Positions 1 through 9,126 of a stretch of 64,000 nucleotides of DNA are shown here, piece after piece. Made by a program: the position numbers and the translations under genes. The stretch's first letter is position 1; the number at the start of each line of letters is the position of its first letter. Source of the stretch: Oligoflexales bacterium (lineage in GTDB: Bacteria > Bdellovibrionota_B > Oligoflexia > Oligoflexales > JALZUQ01). Where the stretch lies: NCBI GenBank assembly GCA_023301565.1, contig JALZUO010000008.1:37045-101044 (forward strand), read 5' to 3'. The notes under the pieces were generated by a model that saw only the letters and a program-made list of their open reading frames with translations, did no database searches and was not told the DNA's origin.

Positions 1-3000
1 CTGTAGCTGCCGTTCGGTACAGAGAATGTGTGGTTTGTATTGGCGGTCATGGTCTGTGTCTGGAGGGGGGCGCCCGAAGAGCTGCTGAAGATCTCTACTT
101 TTGTCTCTTCAAAAGCTCTAATGTTTACAACATGGTTAGGGCTTCTTGTTCCACTAAAACTAAAAATTTTTCCAGACCAAGCAGGTATATTCCAGACAAC
201 ATTGGCTATATAGTTTGAAGTTGTGCCAGAGCCTTGAGCTTTGCCGGCAACAAAAACAGGTTTATTGCTTTGCATTTCATCGTTTAATGCACTGGCAAAG
301 CGGTGTGTTTCTCCAGCGTCAAGCTCTACAAGTAAGGTGCCGTTGATCTTTATTTCTGTTTGGTCTTCGTACGCTACAACCGTACTGTCGTCCGCGCCAC
401 CTAGGTTAAAAACATTATAGGTTGTTGGGTTAAAAAACGGCACATTAGATCCAGTAAAGTCTGTTAGGATGTTTGATGGGTTAGAGTACCTTCCATTCAA
501 AGCTTTAATTCGAATGTCGTAAGATGTGCTGGGCTTTAACCCGCTGACAATCGCAGAGGTACTTGCTCCAACAGTATCTGTAAATGCAATCCACGTTGAT
601 GAGCTGGTTTCTTTATACTCTACGGCGTAGTCAGTTATTTCATAGCCGTGGTCTTCAGGTGTGGTCCAGCCTAGCTCTAGAGATGAAGAAGTTCTTTCAA
701 TATACTCTAGATTGGAGGTGGCCTCTGGCTTGATGACCCACGCCGCTGAGCTTGTTGCAGGCGAAGTGTTTCCTGCGGCATCGATGGCCCTTACAGAGCT
801 ATGGTGCGGGTCTGGTCCTAGGTATGCGCCTGTAGCCTGATAGGCGAGGTTCTGGCCTACGTCTGTCCACGGTAGTTTATTCGATAAGCCTGTGTCTGTA
901 TCAATATCGGTACCAATAGCAAACTCGTAGCTACTAAGTTGACAGTTGTCTTTGCTAGCAGCCCACCTAAGCGTGTCGCTCTCACTAGAGGTTGCATCTA
1001 GGCCGAGCTGGAAACTGTTTGCTTCTGGAGCTAACGGTGCCGTAACATCCGGCACAAAAGCAGTGGTAGAGGAAAGAGGATCGGAAACATTACCTAGTGC
1101 ATCCACAGTGCGGATAGAAGCATGGTAAGTCGTACACTCCTCTAAACCCGGCGCCGTAAGGTTGCTGGAAAGAGCTGCGCCTTTTGATGTCATTATCCCC
1201 AGCTGATGATCCAACGGCTAACTCATAGCGCACTAGATCAGAGCTATCTGAGCTAGACCAGCTTAGCATCGGAGTCGAGCTTGTGCTTGTCACCCATGCA
1301 GCATTGTCAAAACGCTCTGGAAGACTAGGCGCTACGTTATCAAGATTTACAGATAAAGTTTTTACAGAATTAAACCCTTGCGAGTCGGTAGCGCTCAAAC
1401 TAATTATAGAGATATGTTCAGTTCCTGGGCGAACCTCAAGATCTACAGAGTAGTTTCCTGACGAAGTACAGGTGTGCGAATGCGAAACTACATTCGGACC
1501 AGAAAGATTTAGGGTTGTGCCCGAAGCAATACAGCTAACCGTGACCGGGACACTCAAGGAGTGTAGGCTTTTGGCAGCTGGTTCCATAAACTCTGGAGTT
1601 GGATGGCTTGCCCCCCTGAGGTCGATGAGGACCTCCGACGGATCGCTGCGATTTCCATTTGTGTCAATACTGTAGAGTCTAAGTGGGCTTTGCGGAACGT
1701 TTGTCGGGTCCCAAATATCGACCGAAAGCGTAACATCTCCAGCTCCTGTACAAATATGGCTACTTCTTCCGTTAGGCAAGATAAATGCGTTTTCAACCAC
1801 AACAGTTTGGTTTGCAGCTACGCATCTAAAACTTGTGACAATTGGATCTGTAACTTGTTCGCCATTTGCCGGTGACAAGATGTTTGGAGCCGTTTCAGCA
1901 ATGGTATCAATGGCGACATTAACAGTGCTTACTGCAGATTCGTTACCTAGGGCGTCTGTTGCTACCAGAGTAACGGGGGTGGAAGGGACGCTTGTAGGTT
2001 GGTTTGTAAATAAGCTTACGGTTTGTGTCTCAGTACCGACGCAGGTTGCCTTGCGAGGGTGTGTGTAAGCGCTAGATAGCGAAACCACAGCACCTGCTTC
2101 TGGACACCGAAAACTAACGGCAATCGTGCTTCCATGGCTAGAGCCAGCGGCCGGAGATGTGATAGTAGGCCTGGCAGGAACAACCGAGTCCATATTTATG
2201 CTGACCGTAGCCAGGTCACTGGTTTGCCCCAAAGGACCCTGCAAGCTTACTTCAAGAGTTTCTTCACTGCTTTCCACTCCAGAGCTTAGCTGTAAAAAAA
2301 CATCTTCAAACCCAGATGATGAACAAGCGAAAGACTGTAAAGTAGGATTTAGCCTACTGTTTTCTACAAGAATAGTGTTGGCCGCATCCAGACACTCGAT
2401 CTTTGCTGCAATCGTAGGTCCATGCGTAGACCCTTCAATCGGAAACGCAATGGATGGTGTATTAGGAGTGAGTGAGTGAGTCTAGCCCTGTTACAAAACT
2501 TATTTGCGAACTTAGGTTCCTGGCTTCGTCTGCAACTTGTACGCTGATCGTTTCGTTTGTTTCAAAAACATCTGCAGCAATCGCTACCAAAAAGTCTTCT
2601 TTACCTCGCCTGCTACAAGTAAACTCCTGTACGGCAGGGTCAAGTCTTGCGCTAGATAAAATGAGTATTTCACCGTCGCCCTCACAATTAAAGCTAAAGG
2701 TAAATGGGCTACGGTTTAGGTCATTGATCGATGGGTGTAGAATTTGCCCGGCAACCAGCGTTGGTGCAGCCGTGTCTAAGTCTAGGGTTAACTCTGTTTT
2801 TGGGCCTTGTCCGGTTCCGTTTACTGCATAAAGGAAAAAAGTGGTTCCGTTCACCCGTAGGTTATTTTCTAGTGGTATAGATATAGCCTCGACGCCGTCT
2901 CCAGAACAACTATGTACATGGTTTTCTGCAAGATAAGCTCTGTTTTCTACGATTACTTCCATTCCAGCTTCACACGTGACATCAAGAACTAGGGGAGTGC

Positions 3001-3363
3001 CAGTAAGAGACTCACTCAATGGCGCGACGATAGTAGGTGCGCCTGGGATATTTAAAAAATCAAAAAAACTTGTGCTTGCACTCGTAGCTGAGTCTAGCAG
3101 TATGCCCGAGTTTGAAATTTGCAGGTTTCCCGAAGATCCCGGGGCTACATTTACTTCTACTTCAAAACCACCAGAGCTAGGGCAGTTGAGGGTTTCTGGC
3201 GAAATGCCTGCGGCAGAAATATAAACCTCTTCACCTGCATAACAGGTACCGCTTACTGTAGCTGAGCAAATGAGCGTTGGGCCTGATCTTCAAAAAAGTC
3301 AGAGTTACAACCAACGTTGGCTATAACCAAAAGACAGAACTATAATTTTGTGATTAGACGCAC
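1..3363 (-). pseudogene. Disrupted giant surface adhesin (tandem two-Cys Ig-like modules plus FN3 domains); 3' end runs off the window
   Basis: The minus strand carries about 7 tandem ~95-aa modules with two conserved Cys (VTCEAGMEVIVEN..HSCSGDG, SFNCEGDGEILILSS, KIECLDAANTILVEN, SFRCPEAGAVVSLSS, SFRCVAANQTVVVEN, VSCIASGTTLNLSG). These are followed by YE[LF]A[VI]G modules and a clear FN3 domain (LELGWTTPEDHGYEITDYAVEYKE...SGLKPSTSYDIRIKA, about 470-730). The reading frame is broken four times. The putative lipoprotein signal peptide from GTG 3363 (MRLITKL*FCLLVIANVGC) has an in-frame TAG at 3340-3342. Frame switches occur at 3253-3289, at 2462-2481 and at the T4/A4 run 1182-1185. The last segment is open to base 1. 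Confidence 0.6.
2466..2481. repeat. Tetranucleotide simple-sequence repeat (GAGT)4, which is (ACTC)4 on the coding strand
   Basis: The plus strand reads attag-gagt-gagt-gagt-gagt-ctag. The repeat spans exactly the overlap between the stop of adhesin frame segment 2462-3289 and the opening of segment 1090-2481. Confidence 0.9.
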
Positions 3364-3736
3364 TTACCCTACCCAAAAATTGCTTCCACTAGTATTCATC
3401 GGGGTATCAGTTATTTTCTTTACAAACTAAGAATATTTTTTTGCCCAGAGACTTTAAGCAAAATTACGGGCTGTTAGAGTTTTTGGTTATGCAGTTTGAG
3501 CTTGGATTTATACCGAACACAAGTAGTTATTGGGTATGGTTTTTGCGAAGTCACCTGTTTTAAGGGGGTTTATAGGCCTAGAAGAGTCAAAAAATATTAC
3601 TTACAAACTTTTCAGGCAGAACCCTAAAGTATTGATATTAAAATGTAAAAAGAAATATCCTTATCAATCCCAGAGACTTTACCTTCTGTTGCCGATTGAC
3701 GATGAGATTTCTAAATAAATACGATTAGAGGTTATC

Positions 3737-4603
3737 ATGCGAATTTGTATTTTCGGAGCTCTTGTAGCTTTTCTGACCTGTCTTCCAGGTTTGAATGCTC
3801 AAACAGGTATAAGGTCTGCTCCTACAGATATCTTAGACAATGCGTCGCGTAGAAACATAGAAAAAGATTGGCTGGATTTAGATTCCAGCGGCAACGCTCC
3901 ATCTCTGACGGTATCAGTACCAACAGGTTTTGCTGGAGATGGACTTTCAGCATACATCGGGATTTCTTTTGTCGACCGGGTTCGCTACAGCGATGTTTCC
4001 GACGGCGCTCTCACGCTAGGACTAAGCGGTGGAGACCCAGACAAGTACGTGGGTTTCAGTCTCGCTGCAACAGCTTATGATACCTATGGAAGTACATTTG
4101 GAAAATCCATTGGTTTCCATGCCGGAATTTCACGGATGTTGACAGGCTCAATTTCTTTATCGCTAGGTGCCAACAACATTGTTCTTTCGTCTGAAGCTGA
4201 AGCGTTTCAAATTCTCTCAGCCTACTTAGTTGCGACAAAGGTTTTAAAGCTTCGCGATAAAAGATGGTTTAGCTGGGCGAGCCTTACCCTTGGGGTAGGC
4301 AATGGTTCGTATAATAGTGAAAATACTACCAACCAAATTGTTCTTAACGAATTAAGTACACCGGGTGCAGATGAGAAAAATTGGGAAAACTATCGTGTTT
4401 TTGGTGGATTGTCGTTGGCGGTCCTTCCACGGCTTAACTTCATTGCAAACTGGACTGGTCAGGACTTAGATGCAGGCTTAAGTATAATTCCGTTTTCCAA
4501 GCTAGGAATCGTCGTTACAGGCGCTGCTTTAGATGTAACTGAAAATGCAGGAGATGGCATTCGGTGGGGTGGAAACATTGGCTACACCTATCAGATTAAA
4601 TAA
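3737..4603 (+). CDS. Secreted protein, probable outer-membrane beta-barrel (hypothetical)
   Basis: It has an N-terminal signal peptide (MRICIFGALVAFLTCLPGLNA|QTG), Gly/Ser/Leu-rich alternating segments and an aromatic-rich C-terminus (GGNIGYTYQIK). It is first in a tight 3-gene plus-strand set. Confidence 0.65.
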   Translation: MRICIFGALVAFLTCLPGLNAQTGIRSAPTDILDNASRRNIEKDWLDLDSSGNAPSLTVSVPTGFAGDGLSAYIGISFVDRVRYSDVSDGALTLGLSGGDPDKYVGFSLAATAYDTYGSTFGKSIGFHAGISRMLTGSISLSLGANNIVLSSEAEAFQILSAYLVATKVLKLRDKRWFSWASLTLGVGNGSYNSENTTNQIVLNELSTPGADEKNWENYRVFGGLSLAVLPRLNFIANWTGQDLDAGLSIIPFSKLGIVVTGAALDVTENAGDGIRWGGNIGYTYQIK

Positions 4604-4636
4604 ATACTGTTAAATGTACAGAAGGAAAGAATTTTT

Positions 4637-5395
4637 ATGAAATCGAAAAAGCAAATAAAACATCTACTTCTCTGGATGTCGGTATCAGTGTTTGGTTTTG
4701 CTTGCACTACATCAAACGAGGTTTCTCCTCCACCTTTTCAGGAGCTATCTGAATCCTACTTTAACAGTGGCCTGCTTTCAGCAGTAAGTAGCGAGCAAAT
4801 TACAGGTCCAAGTGAGCCGCAAACAATAAGGCTTGCTAAAAAAAGTGTAGTTGAAAAAAGCGCTGTTTCAAGCACTAAGCTAAGTGCTCTTGGTGTAGAG
4901 CATGCAAATTCAGGCTGCAACTGCGATACCGTAAAGGTTTGTCAGGGGCAAGACCTTCCAGCTGCATACGAAGGAGCGATTGCTGCGACTAGTGATATTG
5001 TGCCTCCCCGTGTTGGGTCAGACGGTGAAAATCGGTTTTATCACCTTCGTTCATGCGATGTATCACCTCAAGAGCTAGCTTTTTTTATCTGGGGCGATCG
5101 TTCTCGAGGACAAGAACTTGTTGAAAACGTTGGAGGAGCCTCCAAGTGGACTCCAGGTAGACTAATTCAGTATAAATCCCCGAGAAACACAAACCCAGGG
5201 TTACAAAGTTTTTATAGTGATCATCCAGGTACCACAAAGACTTACCGTGTTCAGCCCGGAGATAACCTAGCCTCCATAGCCGTCAAGGTCTATGGCGATC
5301 AGCGTAGCTGGAAAGAACTTGCTGTAGAAAACAATATCCGTCACCCAGACCATTTAAAAGTCGGTCAACTTCTCCAACTGAATTACAAGGAGTAA
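4637..5395 (+). CDS. Lipoprotein with C-terminal LysM peptidoglycan-binding domain
   Basis: The signal peptide carries a lipobox (SVFGFAC|TTS). The C-terminal YRVQPGDNLASIAVKVYGDQRSWKELAVENNIRHPDHLKVGQLLQL matches the LysM consensus. Confidence 0.75.
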   Translation: MKSKKQIKHLLLWMSVSVFGFACTTSNEVSPPPFQELSESYFNSGLLSAVSSEQITGPSEPQTIRLAKKSVVEKSAVSSTKLSALGVEHANSGCNCDTVKVCQGQDLPAAYEGAIAATSDIVPPRVGSDGENRFYHLRSCDVSPQELAFFIWGDRSRGQELVENVGGASKWTPGRLIQYKSPRNTNPGLQSFYSDHPGTTKTYRVQPGDNLASIAVKVYGDQRSWKELAVENNIRHPDHLKVGQLLQLNYKE

Positions 5396-5398
5396 AGA

Positions 5399-6115
5399 AT
5401 GAAGCTAAAGATAACAGATATTCTAAAAATGGTTGTTTTAGGCCTCTCGTTGCTGACGCCAGCAGCTGCATATTCATCTGAGTGTAATATCGGCGTTCAT
5501 GCCGGTGGAGCTACGCCTGGGACGTTTAGGTTTCATTTAAACCAAAAGCAAGAAGCGAGTACGGCGGACAGCGTCACATACTTTCTTCCGGTGGTAGAAT
5601 CACTTACTCATTCTGAGCGGACTTGCCCTTACGGGACATGTGCTTGTGGACATAAGCAAGAAGTTTCTGTTTCTGTTCGTTGGGTTCCAGTTGATCAGTA
5701 CTATTCGGCTGCTGAAAATTCCAGTGGAACCAGCGTTAGCCCACCTCCTATAGCACCAGATATGCTGCGTAAAAAAATGGGTTATTCGTTTGGCGCGGAA
5801 AAAGATCTTAATAACCTTAAGGTTCAACTTTCAAACGTGTTCAAACTTGGGGTTTCTAGGCCTGGAAGTGTACGAGTAGAAGCAACTAAAATATACGAAG
5901 GGCTTAAAAATTCTTTTAACAGCCCAGTGGTTGAAGTCCTATATCGCGGCCTTATTAGTGCAACGATAGGGTCGTCTAACAAAATGGATCAAGTGAAAAT
6001 CGCCTTTTCCAGATACACAGAAGTTATAGAAAACATGCCTACTAGCACGCTAGAGAGCAAACCTGCTGCTCTAGATGCGTTTAGGCAATACTTTTCCGCA
6101 GAGTTGAATAGATAA
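5399..6115 (+). CDS. Hypothetical secreted protein
   Basis: It has a signal peptide (VVLGLSLLTPAAAYS) and lies 3 nt after the LysM gene stop. No recognisable family motif. Confidence 0.6.
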   Translation: MKLKITDILKMVVLGLSLLTPAAAYSSECNIGVHAGGATPGTFRFHLNQKQEASTADSVTYFLPVVESLTHSERTCPYGTCACGHKQEVSVSVRWVPVDQYYSAAENSSGTSVSPPPIAPDMLRKKMGYSFGAEKDLNNLKVQLSNVFKLGVSRPGSVRVEATKIYEGLKNSFNSPVVEVLYRGLISATIGSSNKMDQVKIAFSRYTEVIENMPTSTLESKPAALDAFRQYFSAELNR

Positions 6116-6181
6116 TTTTTTGGAAAAAAAATGTAATTCATCACACCATATTAAGTGCCGCGCTGTGGACTGCTTTTTAGG

Positions 6182-7591
6182 TTAAAATAATGTGGTTGGG
6201 TAGCTCTGGTTCGGGCCCCAATCCATTTGTTTTAGCTCGTAGAAGCCAACGCGAAGTTTGCGCTGGTTGCTTCCGTCTCTGTTCATGACATAAAGCTGAT
6301 AGCTACCCTTTACATTTGCTGATCCAATACGGTTCGAGTGAAACCCTATAAGCTGGCCGTTCGGAGACCATGCCGGGTCTTCGTTGTCCCCTGCTCTTAG
6401 CGTTAGCCTTTCTAAGTCCTTGCCATCTGGGTTCATCATAAAGATATCATAACGGTCGATATCTTTGTCGTAGCCAGCAAAGGCAATCTTATCAGAGGCA
6501 GGTGTCCAGCTTGGTCCGGTGTTGTACCAGCCAGCAAAAGTCAGTCTTTTTTCATTTTTGATCAGAGGGAGCCCTGTAGTCCAGTCAAGCTCAGCCCTAA
6601 ATATGTGTGGGTTATGAAACCTTCCAGAAACATAGGCTAGGTACCGACCGTCCGGTGAAAATGCAGGGTCTACATCGTCGCCCTTACCTACAAGTAACTT
6701 GTGTGCTTTTCCGCCTCTGGTTCGAACCGTAAAAAGATCACTGCTGCCTTTGGCTGCGGCTGTGAATGCAACAATTTTTCCATTTGGAGAAAAGTTTCCT
6801 CCGCTATTAGTTTTAAACTGGGAGCTGACCTGCTTGGTTCTGCGAGTCGTTAAATCATAAGAGTAAAGTGTAGGGCGCCCGCGGTCAAAACGCGTATAAA
6901 TAACCTTGCTTCCATCTTTGCTGAAGCTCGGAGAAATATGAATGTTTTTGCCAGAGGATATTTGTTGTGCGTTGCTTCCGTCATAGTCTGCGATGTAAAT
7001 ATGCTTGTTGCTAGCTTTGGTTCGCTTGGCAGAAAAAACTATTTTAGAGTTAAACAAACCCTTTTTCCCCGTTACATCCGTTAGGATTTTATCTGCAAAA
7101 TGTCTTACAGCTAGCTTAAGGCTTCCAACCTTTGACTCTTTGTAGGTTTTACTCAAAAGGCTTCTGCTACGCATAAGATCTATGGCTTGTATGTGCAGGG
7201 TTTGTCTGCCGCTGCTTCCACTTAAAGATCCAATCACTACAAATTCGGCGTTGAATTGCCGCCATCCGTTAAAGTTAAATTTAGAAATATTGCTGCTTTT
7301 AGAAAATTCGTAGAAGGCCGTACTTACGAGCCCACCAAACAAACTCGGTGGCATGATACGAAACAACCCAGAAAATCCCAGATGCCGGCGCAATTCTTTG
7401 CCAAGATAGTTTTTAGTGTCGCCTTGAATGTCTGGTATAGCCGTTACAATAGATCTGAATTTAGCGCTGTCGATATTGACCGTAAGGATCGGTTCGCTGG
7501 ACGCCCTGAGATAGGCTGGCTGCAATATAAAAAAGCCAATCAAGGCTATGAATTGGATGATTTGCCACGGGTGTTTTAGTTTCATATACAC
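6182..7591 (-). CDS. tolB: Tol-Pal system beta-propeller protein TolB
   Basis: It has repeated WD40-like/TolB propeller motifs (SPSFSKDGSKVIYT, NFSPNGKIVAFT, PAFSPDGRYLAYVS, PSWTPASDKIAFA, PAWSPNGQLIGFHS) and an N-terminal signal. It sits downstream of tolQRA. Confidence 0.9.
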   Translation of the reverse strand: MYMKLKHPWQIIQFIALIGFFILQPAYLRASSEPILTVNIDSAKFRSIVTAIPDIQGDTKNYLGKELRRHLGFSGLFRIMPPSLFGGLVSTAFYEFSKSSNISKFNFNGWRQFNAEFVVIGSLSGSSGRQTLHIQAIDLMRSRSLLSKTYKESKVGSLKLAVRHFADKILTDVTGKKGLFNSKIVFSAKRTKASNKHIYIADYDGSNAQQISSGKNIHISPSFSKDGSKVIYTRFDRGRPTLYSYDLTTRRTKQVSSQFKTNSGGNFSPNGKIVAFTAAAKGSSDLFTVRTRGGKAHKLLVGKGDDVDPAFSPDGRYLAYVSGRFHNPHIFRAELDWTTGLPLIKNEKRLTFAGWYNTGPSWTPASDKIAFAGYDKDIDRYDIFMMNPDGKDLERLTLRAGDNEDPAWSPNGQLIGFHSNRIGSANVKGSYQLYVMNRDGSNQRKLRVGFYELKQMDWGPNQSYPTTLF

Positions 7592-7705
7592 ACTCCTTAT
7601 AGAACCACTGCAAGTGGTCTATTATAGCAAAGTTCTGTTAAGGGTTACCTTAGATGGTGAGCATGAAGAGCTTGGGGTAAAGGGGGCTGTGTGAATCCTA
7701 ATCAC

Positions 7706-8644
7706 TTAGTTGCTACTAGAAAAGCGAATACGGATTTGGGTTCCTATAAACGGCCTGCAAGGCTCCGGAAGAGGCGCGCTTGCAACGAGCGCACTTTCGA
7801 CGATTTGGTCAAAATAATCGTCTTCAGAGGTCTTCTCCATGGCTATTTTTTCAATAGATAAGTCTTGAGCTGGTGTGATCAGGTAGTCCACTGTTATTCG
7901 GTCGCCAAACTTATATTTCACAGGAAGCTGCTCGTCGATCATAGGCTTCACAAACTGTTTGATGAACTTAGTGCAAGGATCTTTTGCCTCTTCTCGTTGC
8001 ACGGCTAGCTGCTCTTGTTTGAGTTTTAACGCTTCTTCATCAATTTTATTTTGTTTGTCACTTTGAACCTTTAACTCTTTGGATTTTTTAACATCAGTAG
8101 ACTTACGCAGCTTCTCTAGAGCAAGCCTTTTTTTTAGTTCAGCTTTTTCAAGGGCGTTAGCCTCGAGGTCTTCTTTGGCGATAGGTTTTACGTCTTTTTT
8201 CTTTGCTTTTTTCTTTTCTTCCTTTTTTTCTGCATTCTTTTTGCTGTCTTTAGCTTTTTCTTTGGATTTTTCTTTCATCTTAATTTTCTTGGCAAGCTGC
8301 GGGAGCATGTTGCTCGGTATCGTAGCCTCTTTTGCAGTTTTTTGCTTTTTTATGGCGATCACTTTTTTAGGCTTTTCTTTGTCTGGTAGCGGATCGATCA
8401 AAAAATCACCCAAGTCTACATCTACTGCCTCAAAGCGTTTGACATCTATTTTGTGTATCTCTGGCTTACCATAAAAGACAAGTATATGAGCCAGGGTACT
8501 AACAACCAAAAAGCCAATCAGAAGTCTGTTTTCTTTGCGCCTACCCAGAGATGTATTCCGGACGCGTTCGGATCTTTTTTCAGCAAACCCGGCAGGTTTT
8601 TTATGTGCGTCTTTAGACGCTGTTACTTTGGGTGATTTTGTCAT
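7706..8644 (-). CDS. tolA: TolA-like (TonB-family) envelope-spanning protein
   Basis: It has an N-terminal TM anchor (LLIGFLVVSTLAHILVF), a long Lys/Glu/Ala-rich helical linker (KEKSKEKAKDSKKNAEKKEEKKKAKKK) and a small C-terminal globular domain. Its start overlaps the tolR stop by 4 nt. Confidence 0.75.
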   Translation of the reverse strand: MTKSPKVTASKDAHKKPAGFAEKRSERVRNTSLGRRKENRLLIGFLVVSTLAHILVFYGKPEIHKIDVKRFEAVDVDLGDFLIDPLPDKEKPKKVIAIKKQKTAKEATIPSNMLPQLAKKIKMKEKSKEKAKDSKKNAEKKEEKKKAKKKDVKPIAKEDLEANALEKAELKKRLALEKLRKSTDVKKSKELKVQSDKQNKIDEEALKLKQEQLAVQREEAKDPCTKFIKQFVKPMIDEQLPVKYKFGDRITVDYLITPAQDLSIEKIAMEKTSEDDYFDQIVESALVASAPLPEPCRPFIGTQIRIRFSSSN

Positions 8645-9069
8645 TTTCTAGACGTAGCCCGTTCTTCTGAAAGCATGCTGATGCGCTCTGCACCCGCAAG
8701 CTTTGCAGCAGACATCGCATGCATAACCTTTCCGTAGCTAACGCTGCGGTCTGCCCTGATATATAAAGTCTTGTCCGTATTTAGACTCAAAATCCCTTTA
8801 AGCTTTGCTTCTAGCTGTTCTGAGGTCACGCCAACTTTTTCGATGAAGTAGCTGCCGGTGTCGTCCAAGCTAAGTACTATGCGTTTTTTAGAAACCTTCA
8901 TTTGATGTTTAGCCGTTTTAGGAAGATCTACGGAAACTCCGCTCATAGAAAGCGGGGCGGTTACCATAAAAATGATAAGTAGAACCAGCATGATGTCTAC
9001 CAGAGGTACAATATTAATCTCTGCAAGGAAAGTATCTTCATCTCCTGACGTTCCCATTCCAAATGACAT
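8641..9069 (-). CDS. tolR: Biopolymer transport protein TolR (ExbD/TolR family)
   Basis: It shows the ExbD/TolR signature N-terminus (EINIVPLVDIMLVLLIIFMV), is 142 aa long, and lies between tolQ and tolA. Confidence 0.88.
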   Translation of the reverse strand: MSFGMGTSGDEDTFLAEINIVPLVDIMLVLLIIFMVTAPLSMSGVSVDLPKTAKHQMKVSKKRIVLSLDDTGSYFIEKVGVTSEQLEAKLKGILSLNTDKTLYIRADRSVSYGKVMHAMSAAKLAGAERISMLSEERATSRK

Positions 9070-9126
9070 AATGGATCCTTTGATTAAAAATTAAAAGCTT
9101 CATACACAGGGTTTGACCCTGTTGGT

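Noticed and set aside
28-3224. Numerous plus-strand ORFs of 60-120 aa in the track (for example 28-213, 946-1128, 1603-1875, 2126-2479, 2472-2831, 2976-3224)
   Set aside because: They lie antisense to, or out of frame with, the adhesin repeat frames. They have Arg/Cys/Leu-rich junk composition and no start context. The minus-strand frames carry the recognisable Ig/FN3 modules.
3340-3342. In-frame TAG in the adhesin signal peptide as possible stop-codon recoding (pyrrolysine or readthrough)
   Set aside because: TAG is used as an ordinary stop elsewhere in the window (for example 30783-30785 and 56933-56935). No pyl genes are present, and the same gene carries three frameshifts, so a nonsense mutation is the simpler reading.
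3530-3718. 62-aa ORF in the adhesin/OMP intergenic region
   Set aside because: It has a TTG start without an SD and lies in AT-rich promoter DNA containing the direct repeats. There is no support for coding.
6719-6728. GGTTCGAACC, resembling a tRNA T-arm/loop
   Set aside because: It lies inside the tolB reading frame with no flanking acceptor or anticodon stems. No tRNA-like cloverleaf was found in any intergenic region of the window.
8079-8474. 131-aa plus-strand ORF rich in Phe/Ser/Leu inside tolA
   Set aside because: It is the mirror image of the Lys/Glu/Ala-rich TolA linker (AAG/GAA repeats read in antisense). It is a low-complexity artefact.
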